In this document: piece after piece, positions 8,107-17,658 of the stretch
Layout of the letters: each line of letters opens with the position of its first letter
Position numbering within the stretch: the stretch's first letter is position 1
Origin: Euryarchaeota archaeon UBA171
GTDB lineage: Archaea > Thermoplasmatota > Poseidoniia > Poseidoniales > Thalassarchaeaceae
Assembly (NCBI GenBank): GCA_002497295.1
Contig: DANO01000027.1
Coordinates: 4,438 to 56,211 of the forward strand
DNA length: 51,774 nt
Direction of reading: 5' to 3'
Made by a program: the position numbers and the translations under genes
The notes under the pieces: generated by a model
Databases searched by the model: none
What the model was told of the DNA's origin: nothing
Seen by the model: only the letters and a program-made list of their open reading frames with translations

Positions 8107-10825
8107 TTTCAGATTCAAGCAGCCTTGCGTACAATGGAGGCAAAAGAAGAAGACTTGAGATCAGAGCAAGTGTAATCGCGACTACAAACGCCTGCCCAAA
8201 GAGTTGAAGGGGGACCAAAGAAGACAGATTCAACACTGAAAATCCACCTGCTGTTGTCAGTGCTGCAGCACACATCGCACGACCTGTTGTGGCAATGGAC
8301 CTCGAGGTCCAAACTGATGGCCCTGCTGAAGGATCATGCATGGCCTCTTCTTCAAGACGAGTAGCAATGTGAACGGCGTAGTCCACCCCGAGTCCAAGCG
8401 TAAGCGCGCCAATCGTCACTGTCTGCGAATTTAATTGGAATCCCGTGAATCCCATTATGCCGAAAACCCACGCAACCACAGCCATCAAGGGCAGCCAAGT
8501 GACAAACCCCCTCTTCACCCCTTTCAACACGCTTCCAGTCCTTCCAGTTTGAATGACAAATAGCATGATTAGGATAACCCCTGCAACAATCGTCGTTGAA
8601 AGAGTCGCAGCTTCAGCCACATCAGAAGTAATCTGAGCTAAGATTAGCGATCTACCGCTGACTCTCAAGGTGAACTCGCTATCCCCCACTTCATTTGACA
8701 ATGAGGATGACAGTTGAGATTCAAATTCTGAGGTTGCTGACCAGTCCAGAGTTGATGCCTGGAAGGATATTACAGTTTGATCCCCAGAATTCGATAGGAT
8801 TCCTCTACTCAATTCACGTCCTTCATCTGTTTGGAGCAACCAATACTCAAGGTCCCCCCATGAGCTATCTGCCCCTGATTCGATACCACTCATGTGGGAA
8901 TCAAGCACGGAATTCGAGAATCTCCCGGATTCCAGAGTGGACCAAAGGTCCGTCGTGACCTGCGTGACCCGGTTGTCCCCTTGCAGTACTCCAATCGCGG
9001 ATTCAGCCATAATCCGTCCCTGCTCGCTGATTATAGGGCCATCCAATACGACGTACAATGGAGAAGGACTACTCTGGAATACGTCGGATATCAACAGGAA
9101 ATCCGCAACAACGGGAACCGAATCGTCAAAATTGTCCCTTGTATCGAAACCAACTTCCAGTTGTTGCACGCCATACAATGCCGGCATCGATAGTATAACG
9201 GCGATCGCAACCACTGTGGCCGGCATCTTCGTCAAATCGCCCACCCAACGCGTCATTCGATTTTCTTCCATCTTTACAGTTCGCTCTATTGGAAGATCCT
9301 TCGGAGGAATTAATGATATCAATGCGGGCAATGCAGTCACGCTGAACAAGTAGATGTAGAATAGACCGATCGCAATCACCGTGCCAAAAATAACCAGAAA
9401 CGATTGACTCGAAAGACGGAAAGAAAGAAACCCTACCATGTCGGTAAAAATCGCTATCAAGAGTGCGATTGAAGTGTACTTAGTGCCACGAAGTACAGCA
9501 GCCTTTCGAAGATCTTTCTGCAGATCCCCTACAGACGAAACATGCTCTTCAGATTCAGATGCCAAGCGGTATTCCTCCCTTATTCTCTTAACCACATGAA
9601 GACCATAATCCACGCCTATCGCCAGGAGTAAGACAGGTATCGAGTTCATAGCACCGTTGAACGTCATAGGAACCCCCATCAGTGTCAGAACTCCTGCTGT
9701 GCCATATGTGGCTCCAATTCCGAATACAGTAAGACCGAGCACATATCCCGTATCTCGCTTACTTCTGAATGAGAACCACAAAATCGTTCCCAGAATCAGC
9801 AATGAAGCCGAATTCAGAATCCCAAGCTCCCTACCTAGGTTTTCATTTTGTCCTAGCAAAAGTTGAGAGTAAGAAAATACTGTAGAAGAACCATCTCCCG
9901 TCTCTTCTATCTTCAATTGGAGGGCATCAGCCCAATCATCCACATCTTCCTGAATATCTCCAAGAGTCGCTCCCCCATGCCTCTCTGACTCTGTTGTTAT
10001 CACGAAGCTGATGAGTACCGGCCCAGTTGCTTCAATCAACTCTTCATGATCTGCAGCCGGGACAGTACCCTTGAGAGCGGCGCTATAGTCTACATACTGC
10101 ATCCCAGACAGAATACCCAGTTTAACAAGCGCCAAGTCTCTAGAAACGTTGAATGACTCATCATCCGATTGAATCGCACTTATCCTCTGGGAAAATGTAA
10201 CGATCGATTCAGTTATGTTTTCTCCACTGGCAAGACGATCTAACCAAAGATTAGGATTCGATGGAACCCACGACCTAAGGATAGAAGAATCGATTTCAAT
10301 AGGAGATGGAATTGAGAACATTGCAGACTCAAGATTGTCCAGAGCAATTTCACGTTCCTCACCATCGCTCGCCGCCCCCACCTCAATGAGAGCATTCTCG
10401 ATTGGCTCAGACCAAACTCGCGCTGTGAGCGGATCGCTGTATAGCTCCCAACCTATTGCAATACTAGCAGGGCCGCTATTGGCTCTAGTGCCGAATAAGG
10501 GGTATTCGTATTCTGAGAGATTTTGATCTTCTAGAAGAATTGCTTCCATTTCCGCAAGATGCATCCAATTTTCCACATCTGAAAGTCCCCCAGAATCAAT
10601 CCTGGCTATTATTCTTACAAAGTCCAAACTTGCTTGATATTCTCCTTCGACTTCATCAAGTAGCCTTACAGTATCGTTGTCCGGGAAAAAGGCATCTTCA
10701 GAATTGTCAAATTCAAGGAACATGGCCATTGAGCTTAGAGCAAGCGTGCACACCAAGCCGATTGCCAATACCGCACGAGGTCTATCGACGCAGATTGAAG
10801 TCATTCTGTCAAATGGATTTCTCAC
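8060..10825 (-). CDS. MMPL/RND family transporter
   Basis: AIGVDYGLHVVKRIREE and LGLGVDYAVHIATRLEEE. GTG start 1 nt after the upstream gene's stop (ORF open from 10921). Confidence 0.87.
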   Translation of the reverse strand: MRNPFDRMTSICVDRPRAVLAIGLVCTLALSSMAMFLEFDNSEDAFFPDNDTVRLLDEVEGEYQASLDFVRIIARIDSGGLSDVENWMHLAEMEAILLEDQNLSEYEYPLFGTRANSGPASIAIGWELYSDPLTARVWSEPIENALIEVGAASDGEEREIALDNLESAMFSIPSPIEIDSSILRSWVPSNPNLWLDRLASGENITESIVTFSQRISAIQSDDESFNVSRDLALVKLGILSGMQYVDYSAALKGTVPAADHEELIEATGPVLISFVITTESERHGGATLGDIQEDVDDWADALQLKIEETGDGSSTVFSYSQLLLGQNENLGRELGILNSASLLILGTILWFSFRSKRDTGYVLGLTVFGIGATYGTAGVLTLMGVPMTFNGAMNSIPVLLLAIGVDYGLHVVKRIREEYRLASESEEHVSSVGDLQKDLRKAAVLRGTKYTSIALLIAIFTDMVGFLSFRLSSQSFLVIFGTVIAIGLFYIYLFSVTALPALISLIPPKDLPIERTVKMEENRMTRWVGDLTKMPATVVAIAVILSMPALYGVQQLEVGFDTRDNFDDSVPVVADFLLISDVFQSSPSPLYVVLDGPIISEQGRIMAESAIGVLQGDNRVTQVTTDLWSTLESGRFSNSVLDSHMSGIESGADSSWGDLEYWLLQTDEGRELSRGILSNSGDQTVISFQASTLDWSATSEFESQLSSSLSNEVGDSEFTLRVSGRSLILAQITSDVAEAATLSTTIVAGVILIMLFVIQTGRTGSVLKGVKRGFVTWLPLMAVVAWVFGIMGFTGFQLNSQTVTIGALTLGLGVDYAVHIATRLEEEAMHDPSAGPSVWTSRSIATTGRAMCAAALTTAGGFSVLNLSSLVPLQLFGQAFVVAITLALISSLLLLPPLYARLLESEIRHDEQALPPSETAA

Positions 10826-10826
10826 T

Positions 10827-12218
10827 TCATGTCCACATCCCAAGGGTATCGCGCAATGCACTTTCGAGATCACTGTGCGTGAACTCGTACCCTTGTTCCT
10901 CGAGCCTCGATGGGATAACATGTTGCCCTTCTGTTAGGAGATTCTTGCCCATTTCACCGAATAGAATCTTCACCACGAAAGAAGGAAGCGGAGCGATTGC
11001 AAGCCTCTTGAGGACCCTGCCAAGCGTTTTCGCAAACTCTCTCTGACTCACAGGGTTCGGCGAAGTCAGATTGTATGCTCCAGATGCTGAAGAATCCATC
11101 AGAAGCTCGTGCATGGAGTATATCTGGTCATCCATTGATATCCAAGGCATCCATTGTTTTCCTGATGCAATAGGTCCCCCAGCATTCATTTTGAATGGGA
11201 GAAGCATTTTTCCAAGCGCCCCCCCAATTCCTGAGAGTACGATTCCAGTCCGTAGCCAGACAGTACGTATCCCAGACTCTGCTGCTGGACGTGCAGATTC
11301 TTCCCAGGCCGAACATACTTCCGCAAGATAGCCCGTACCAGGTTCTGATTTTTCCGTCAATCCCTGCTCTTCAGAGTGCCCATAAAACCCAACGGCACTG
11401 GCAACCATGAAAACTTCAGGAGGATGCTTGAGATTTGCCAGAGTTTCTGCAAGAAGCGAGGTACTCTCTGTCCTTGAAGTCATGATCTTATTTTTCCTTT
11501 TAGCTGACCACCTACGATCGCCGATTCCCTCGCCACCAAGATGGATAACAGCATCAAAACCCTCAATCATACTGCTGTCTATCACTCCCTTTTCGGGGTC
11601 CCATTCAATCTCATGGTCATCCTTCACATTTCTTCTGACAAGGCGATAGACGTCATGACCGCCAGTATCAAGAAAGGCCACTAGCTGGGTACCAATAAGC
11701 CCACTAGAACCCGCGATCAGGATTTTCTTTCTTGCATCTGACCTAAATTTCTGATGCCTATCCATGTCTCTCTGAAGCCTTATCTCCCTAGCCTTGAACA
11801 TTCTATCAATTCTTTGAGTGACAAGCCGGCCACCTAGAACACGGTCAACAATTTCTCCGAGGAACCCAAAAGGGACTTTGTAATCGACTTGATCTGTCAC
11901 CGTTGTAACTCCATCTTTTTCTTCAAACAGATGCTCATGATCCCATTTCCAGAATGGGCCTTTGAGCATGGTCTCCCCAAACGCATGAGGTGGATCATAT
12001 ATGGTGTGCTTAGCGTGCCAAGTCATTTTTACCGGACCCATTACGAACTTCATGATACGCTCAGATCCAACTGCAGGTATTTCTGGGTCAGCTTTCTTCT
12101 CCAGAACTAATTCCCACGGAGGTGTTAGCCGGTGGAATGCCCCACGCCTCTCATGCCACTCAAATACCGTTTCTATGGGGGCTTCAGTTGTCGTCTGATG
12201 AGTGTATGATGTCATCAT
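10827..12218 (-). CDS. SRPBCC domain fused to TIGR01777 family NAD-dependent epimerase/oxidoreductase
   Basis: N-terminal WHERRGAFHRLTPPW...GPFWKWDHEH (SRPBCC-like). C-terminal ILIAGSSGLIG, ASAVGFYG, LAEVCSAWE and GKQWMPWIS. Confidence 0.88.
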   Translation of the reverse strand: MMTSYTHQTTTEAPIETVFEWHERRGAFHRLTPPWELVLEKKADPEIPAVGSERIMKFVMGPVKMTWHAKHTIYDPPHAFGETMLKGPFWKWDHEHLFEEKDGVTTVTDQVDYKVPFGFLGEIVDRVLGGRLVTQRIDRMFKAREIRLQRDMDRHQKFRSDARKKILIAGSSGLIGTQLVAFLDTGGHDVYRLVRRNVKDDHEIEWDPEKGVIDSSMIEGFDAVIHLGGEGIGDRRWSAKRKNKIMTSRTESTSLLAETLANLKHPPEVFMVASAVGFYGHSEEQGLTEKSEPGTGYLAEVCSAWEESARPAAESGIRTVWLRTGIVLSGIGGALGKMLLPFKMNAGGPIASGKQWMPWISMDDQIYSMHELLMDSSASGAYNLTSPNPVSQREFAKTLGRVLKRLAIAPLPSFVVKILFGEMGKNLLTEGQHVIPSRLEEQGYEFTHSDLESALRDTLGMWT

Positions 12219-13765
12219 CTACCACTCCGTGGAGTCGTACCAACAGACCATTGTTCCAGATACCCGTCAAGCTTTAGTTTTCTTTTCGTATTGGAGGAAG
12301 ACATGTATCTCACGCTGCCAAATACTGGTCTCTTAGGGCCCCACGGTCTGTCATGCCTCCCCATAACCCAGAAGATTCCGGTGTAACTATTCGGATCTCT
12401 TCCATCAAGAGCCCACCTATCATTCAGTTTTATCATCCATTCAGCGGCCTCTACAGGAGAAGACGCCCATTCTAGTATTCTCTTCCCCCACAGCATACGA
12501 AGATAGTTGTGTATCAAACCCTCTTCCTTGAGTTGCCTCTGAGCGGCATTCCACACTTCATCCTCGGTTTCAGCAGCCTCAATCTGTTCGAATGTATACG
12601 TCTCTGCCCTATCCTCTGCATGATCATGCAGTGTGTTCTTAGCCCAATCCGGAATCGATTTGATCGAGTGATGGTCATCTCGGTGGAATGCGAAATTATA
12701 GCCCAGTTCTCTCCAGGTAATTAGCTGATCAACGAATGCCTCTGAACTGGCAGTTAAGCCCCACCAACCCGCTCTCGAACCTCTTCCAGTAGAGCCTTCA
12801 TCCAAATCAGCGGGAGTCCACCCTTCACGTTCAAGAATCGCATGAAGTATCTCGTATGGAGATATGTGGCCAAAGTGAATCCAGGGTGAGAGGCCACTCG
12901 CTGCTCCATCATCTGTATCGTTTCGGCCGACGTCATATCTGCCTAATCGATTGATTAGGAAAGAGTCAAGCCTTCTCCGAGCCTCCGACGGTCCACCTAT
13001 TTTGGTGGGTATCGATTGAACTTCATGATCTATGTCAAGGGGAGCTAGAGCCTTCCTTCCAATAGATCGACCTTGTGCAACCCTCCACATCCATTCTAGA
13101 GGGGTATGTTCGAAATTGACTTCTTCTAGGATCTCTGATAATTTAGACGAATCCACAGTTAAATCCGTTTCTACGCCTTCGAGTGGCATGGCCTTTGGAG
13201 ACGATTCAAAGGCTCTGAGAAGATTTTTCTGCATATACCTGCGGAAAGAATGCGCCGTTGCAAACTCCTTTTCCGACATTTGCATTGGTAAAATTCCGGT
13301 TGAATCAACAGCCTCCAACCTCACCGAGGTTGTTTCTGCAGCTCTTCTCATCACCCAAAGAGGCAGATAGGTCGGATAATCGTCTATTACCATCGCCGCG
13401 GAGCGTTTAGAGATTCTACGCAGCAGCCCATCCCCTGGATCTTTGTGATTTTCCACCCATGGCATGTAACTCACAGGCAAATCTCTGAAGACTGATATGT
13501 TCTCCACTAGTCCTTGAACCATAAAAGTCACAACTCTTTCAGAAGTCCAGCGATGTCGGACAGAAACCCCCTCTACAATGAGAAGGGGCTTGTTTATGCT
13601 GAGCGAAATCTCCACAGCACGTTCCAACGCCGCATTGTATCTGTATCTCCTAGTTGCAGTCATCCAGTAGACTACAAAATCTCCAGACATGTCAACTGGG
13701 AGATTTTTCAGGACCCTAATCCTGGGCTCTAACCGCGAATCTTCCGATTTGAGCAAGCCTGACAT
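12215..13765 (-). CDS. phrB: Class II CPD photolyase (deoxyribodipyrimidine photo-lyase)
   Basis: VVYWM, SGLSPWIHFGHIS, QLITWRELGYNF, HNYLRMLWGKRILEW and LNDRWALDGRDPNSY. Confidence 0.92.
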   Translation of the reverse strand: MSGLLKSEDSRLEPRIRVLKNLPVDMSGDFVVYWMTATRRYRYNAALERAVEISLSINKPLLIVEGVSVRHRWTSERVVTFMVQGLVENISVFRDLPVSYMPWVENHKDPGDGLLRRISKRSAAMVIDDYPTYLPLWVMRRAAETTSVRLEAVDSTGILPMQMSEKEFATAHSFRRYMQKNLLRAFESSPKAMPLEGVETDLTVDSSKLSEILEEVNFEHTPLEWMWRVAQGRSIGRKALAPLDIDHEVQSIPTKIGGPSEARRRLDSFLINRLGRYDVGRNDTDDGAASGLSPWIHFGHISPYEILHAILEREGWTPADLDEGSTGRGSRAGWWGLTASSEAFVDQLITWRELGYNFAFHRDDHHSIKSIPDWAKNTLHDHAEDRAETYTFEQIEAAETEDEVWNAAQRQLKEEGLIHNYLRMLWGKRILEWASSPVEAAEWMIKLNDRWALDGRDPNSYTGIFWVMGRHDRPWGPKRPVFGSVRYMSSSNTKRKLKLDGYLEQWSVGTTPRSGR

Positions 13766-13864
13766 GCATACCCATTAATAGTTTTCAGATATGAACGACT
13801 GTTCTCAAAAAATGAAAATATCAAACAGTATTTCATAACATGTCATCATGTGTCAAACTCTGAA
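13766..13864. promoter_or_regulatory. Divergent AT-rich promoter region between photolyase operon and ribA
   Basis: TTCATA boxes on both strands (minus 13795-13790, plus 13832-13837); imperfect inverted repeat ATGAAAATA/TATTTCAT (13812-13836). Confidence 0.5.
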
Positions 13865-14491
13865 ATGACTATTCAAATTGATTCTCCAGAACGTACTATA
13901 GCGTCGGATGCAGAACTTCCCACCGAGCATGGGAACTTCAGAATAAGGGTGTTCGAAAGCCCTGATGGAAAGGAACACGCCACACTCTACACAGGCGATC
14001 TCTCGGACACTGATAATCCTCCTCTTGTTAGAATCCATTCAGAGTGCCTGACTGGCGATGCTTTCGGCTCTCTCAAATGTGATTGCGGACCACAACTCGA
14101 AGCTTCGATGCAACGAATACAAGAAGAGGGCAAAGGAGCAATAGTATACCTCCGTCAAGAAGGCCGAGGGATAGGGTTGTATTCCAAAATACAGGCTTAT
14201 GCATTGCAAGACCAAGGTCATGATACATTGGATGCCAATCTCTTGTTGGGACTCCCTGCTGATGGTAGATCCTATGATGTGGCAGCAGAAATGCTCAAAG
14301 ATATAGGTTTGACAAAAGTGCGACTGATGACCAACAATCCGTTGAAAATCAAGGGTTTGGAAGAGCACGGCATCGAGGTCCAGGAGAGACTACAACACCA
14401 GAGCGGTATCGGCCCCCAAAATATCCAATATCTCGCAACGAAAAGACGTCGAATGGGACATCTTTTGAACGTAGATCTGAATATCGAATGA
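13850..14491 (+). CDS. ribA: GTP cyclohydrolase II
   Basis: LVRIHSECLTGDAFGSLKCDCGPQL, YLRQEGRGIGL, RLMTNNP. Alternative start ATG at 13865. Confidence 0.95.
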   Translation: MSNSEMTIQIDSPERTIASDAELPTEHGNFRIRVFESPDGKEHATLYTGDLSDTDNPPLVRIHSECLTGDAFGSLKCDCGPQLEASMQRIQEEGKGAIVYLRQEGRGIGLYSKIQAYALQDQGHDTLDANLLLGLPADGRSYDVAAEMLKDIGLTKVRLMTNNPLKIKGLEEHGIEVQERLQHQSGIGPQNIQYLATKRRRMGHLLNVDLNIE

Positions 14492-14526
14492 ACAATTAAT
14501 ATCACATGTGCGGAGGTAGTGATTTT

Positions 14527-14988
14527 ATGTCGTCTTTGATTGGTACCAATGCTCCTGACTTTTCTCTGGACTCAAGCGAGGGAAAGAAATTCGACTCCTC
14601 GAAAATGAAAGGCCACTGGTATGTTCTATTCTTCTATGCAAAAGATGGTAGCCCAACATGCAAGAGAGGCTGTCTGAGCTTCAAGGAACAGTACCATCTA
14701 TTTCGCTCGCTGGAACCTCCTGTTGAGATTGTAGGTGTAAGTCAGGACACGGCAGAAGACCACAAGCAGTTTAAGCAAGAACTTGAACTCCCATTCACAC
14801 TTCTTTCTGATGAGGATAGGACAGTAGCCGATGCATTTGGTGTACCTGTTCACCTCGGAAGATTCCCTGCAAAGTCGTCCTTCGTCATTGATCCAGAGGG
14901 AGTCATAAGACATGTTTACGATTGGCAATTTAGGCCACGTCATCATGTCGCTAAGATTCTGGACGCACTTTCTACGATTACGGAGTGA
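14527..14988 (+). CDS. Peroxiredoxin-like protein (BCP/PrxQ fold) with atypical active site
   Basis: APDFSL, VLFFYAKDGSPTCKRGC, VGVSQD, LPFTLLSD, SFVIDPEG; GGAGGT SD upstream of ATG 14527. Confidence 0.85.
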   Translation: MSSLIGTNAPDFSLDSSEGKKFDSSKMKGHWYVLFFYAKDGSPTCKRGCLSFKEQYHLFRSLEPPVEIVGVSQDTAEDHKQFKQELELPFTLLSDEDRTVADAFGVPVHLGRFPAKSSFVIDPEGVIRHVYDWQFRPRHHVAKILDALSTITE

Positions 14989-16358
14989 ATAATATGCAAT
15001 GGAACCAGGTTCTATCAGATGCAGGACTCTCGGGTAGGGAAGTAAATGCAGTCATGGTCCTCTCGACCAAGTCAAGCCTAAAGGCTAGCGAACTAGCAAA
15101 AGAACTTGGCACGACCCGTTTGGACGCCTATAATTCTCTAGAACGTCTGCAGTCCATCGGCCTAGTCAAAACAATCGCAGATAGGCCCATGAGATTTTCT
15201 TGTCCACCAATTCACGATGCTGTTTCTCATCTGATCAGCATACGAAGTGAGCAATTACAGAAGATAGAGTCTGGTTACGAGACTCTCAAATCCTCATCAT
15301 CTATCCAAGACCAGCCTCATGATGATGAAAAAACAGATTTAACGAATCCAAAATTTGCAGTTCTAAAAGAGAGAACGCACATCATGAATAGAATAGACAA
15401 GATGGCTTCAGAGGCGAGTCAGGCACTAACATTGGTTCTCGGGAAATTCGGCATTCTTCATTTGTGCAGGGGTACGGCCCTTGGGAGTGTGAACGATGCT
15501 GCAGAGAGGGGTATAGAGGTCAGAGTACTTGCCCAACTGGACAGGAGAACCATACGCTTCTTCTCGCAGTTACATGATACTGTGAAAATCAGACACACCA
15601 AGGATCTAGAGGCACAAGGTGCCATAATGGATTCCAGTGAAACCATTCAGTATCTGAATATGGAAGAAAACCCTGTCGGAAGGGGTAAAAATGATGCTGC
15701 CTTGATAGTCGAGTCAGAGCCATTTGGGATATCTCAGAGGAATCTTGTGGATTCTATTTGGGATGATGCGATACCATTTGCTGCGGCTTCAAAGAGATTC
15801 ACCGAAGATCGGATCGTCGACCCTCTTAAGGTGACTTTGGAGGGAGGCTCTTTTCTAGATCGTTTCAGAGAGGTTTTGGAGATAGAAGAAGACCTCCCAG
15901 AAGAAGACACGCCCTTCAATCCAGCTGCATTCCTGGCATCAAGTGGAGAGGTAAACAAGGCAAGAAGAAAGCTTTCAACAGGCGGAGTTGAAGAGATGTC
16001 TTCATTCGGCATAAATCTGGCTGATATATTGAGGCAAGTTGGTACAAGAATCGGGGAAGAACTAGCCTTTTCTTTGAGAACAATCGACGGAGATATCGAA
16101 TTCTTGAATGAAATGATGGACTGGTGGGAGCATGCCGGTTTGGGTGAGTTGTCTTACGGTATAGATCCTGAATTCCACATAAAAGCCATGCTTGTGGAAG
16201 AGTCAGAGTCTCCCGGTTCACTCCCGCTCCATGCCTTGGACGGGGGCATCATCGAAGGAGCGCTGATCGCGAGATACCAAGGAACAAATGGGGTAGATGT
16301 AAGGAGAGACGAAGATCCCGATGGCTCACTTATCTACACCCTCGAGATGCTCGAATGA
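14985..16358 (+). CDS. TrmB-family transcriptional regulator with C-terminal V4R-like domain
   Basis: N-terminal wHTH (ASELAKELGTTRLDAYNSLERLQSIGLV...RPMRF); central AAERGIEVRVL effector domain; C-terminal LRQVGTRIGEEL...WWEHAGLGEL...GIIEGAL. Confidence 0.78.
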   Translation: MNNMQWNQVLSDAGLSGREVNAVMVLSTKSSLKASELAKELGTTRLDAYNSLERLQSIGLVKTIADRPMRFSCPPIHDAVSHLISIRSEQLQKIESGYETLKSSSSIQDQPHDDEKTDLTNPKFAVLKERTHIMNRIDKMASEASQALTLVLGKFGILHLCRGTALGSVNDAAERGIEVRVLAQLDRRTIRFFSQLHDTVKIRHTKDLEAQGAIMDSSETIQYLNMEENPVGRGKNDAALIVESEPFGISQRNLVDSIWDDAIPFAAASKRFTEDRIVDPLKVTLEGGSFLDRFREVLEIEEDLPEEDTPFNPAAFLASSGEVNKARRKLSTGGVEEMSSFGINLADILRQVGTRIGEELAFSLRTIDGDIEFLNEMMDWWEHAGLGELSYGIDPEFHIKAMLVEESESPGSLPLHALDGGIIEGALIARYQGTNGVDVRRDEDPDGSLIYTLEMLE

Positions 16359-16419
16359 ACAAAATCAGGTTTGCGACTAAGAACGGTCAATTATAGCATC
16401 CAACCCTCTGGTCAGCCAC

Positions 16420-17658
16420 ATGAGAGTGTTGACCTTTCTAAGGTTCATGAGGCAGATTTTGAAATCTGGCCCAGCAGATCTCGATTGGATTCAATCTCAA
16501 GGACTCCTCGCAGTGAAACTAGCTCAGATTTTCGCACTTCGGAGCGATCTCATCTCCGTTGAGAAATGCCGTCAACTTCAGCAATTATATCAGCACGCAG
16601 CAAGCATCCCTGCCGAGGATGTGTTCAATACCATCGAAGAGCGCGCAGAGCCAGGATTCCTAGAAGCATTCGAAGAAATTGATGAGATTCCTCTTGCAGC
16701 CGCATCTGTCGGCCAGGTGCATCGCGCCCGCCTAAAAGATGGCCGCGATGTTGTCATCAAAGTTATCAAGGCTCAGAATGAAAAATCGTTCAGGCGAGAT
16801 GTCAAGAGGATGAGACGATGGCTCAGAATATTCCTCATATTCATGCCGAAACTAAGGAAAGTTGGAAATCCAGTCGCATTACTCAATCATGTCGCAGATT
16901 ATACTACTAGGGAATTGGATCTGAGAAACGAGATAAAGGGTGCAATGGAACTTGAAGAGATAAAGAATAGAGTCAATGCGGATTTTCCAATGGATCTTCT
17001 GAGATTTCCGGAGTATCACGCCAATCTTTCAAACAAAGACATCCTCGTTTCTGAGTTTATCAGGGGGGACGCTCTTGAAGATGGTATTGAGAGTGGCACA
17101 CTTTCTTGGTCCACCCTCCTTGAACTATTCAGGATACACGGTGCTTACCTTTTCGGCATAGGCACATTTCATGGTGATTTACACCCCGGAAATTGTATCA
17201 TCGATGAGGGAGGTCGATTCGTATTCATAGATAATGGGGCAATATGTCACGCTCCATCGCATGTCAATAAATCTCTATTTGCATTCTTCCAGCATCTCTC
17301 AGATCATAGGTTCGATGACGCTTTCAAGGCCCTGCTGGGGCTATCCGAGAGGCCGATGAATGAAGACAAGGTAAGTCGCTACATGGAGAAAATGCACGAC
17401 ATATACCACGATTTTGAGATGAAAACCGTGGGAGAACAAAGTCTTACCCGAGTCATGATGAAGACGGTAAAGTGCGCCGTTGAAGAAGCAGGCGCAGAAT
17501 TCGGCGAAGAAGCATTCCCAATAATCAGGGCTCTAATGTATCTAGACGGATTGGTAATCAGGACGCATCCCGACGTACGTCTAATTTCATCAATGGGCCC
17601 ATATTTGGATGAATTTAGGGAACATCTCCCCATAGAGAACGAGGTGCAGGTATTATGA
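16420..17658 (+). CDS. ABC1/UbiB/AarF atypical kinase
   Basis: VKLAQ (KxGQ-like), PLAAASVGQVHRA, VVIKV, ELDLRNE, FHGDLHPGN, FIDNGA. Confidence 0.9.
   Translation: MRVLTFLRFMRQILKSGPADLDWIQSQGLLAVKLAQIFALRSDLISVEKCRQLQQLYQHAASIPAEDVFNTIEERAEPGFLEAFEEIDEIPLAAASVGQVHRARLKDGRDVVIKVIKAQNEKSFRRDVKRMRRWLRIFLIFMPKLRKVGNPVALLNHVADYTTRELDLRNEIKGAMELEEIKNRVNADFPMDLLRFPEYHANLSNKDILVSEFIRGDALEDGIESGTLSWSTLLELFRIHGAYLFGIGTFHGDLHPGNCIIDEGGRFVFIDNGAICHAPSHVNKSLFAFFQHLSDHRFDDAFKALLGLSERPMNEDKVSRYMEKMHDIYHDFEMKTVGEQSLTRVMMKTVKCAVEEAGAEFGEEAFPIIRALMYLDGLVIRTHPDVRLISSMGPYLDEFREHLPIENEVQVL

Noticed and set aside
10826-10921. Long N-terminal overlaps implied by ORF-track starts (also 18203, 23638, 39409, 40689, 48191)
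   Set aside because: Downstream starts give short, typical overlaps or gaps and begin at the recognisable domain or signal peptide.
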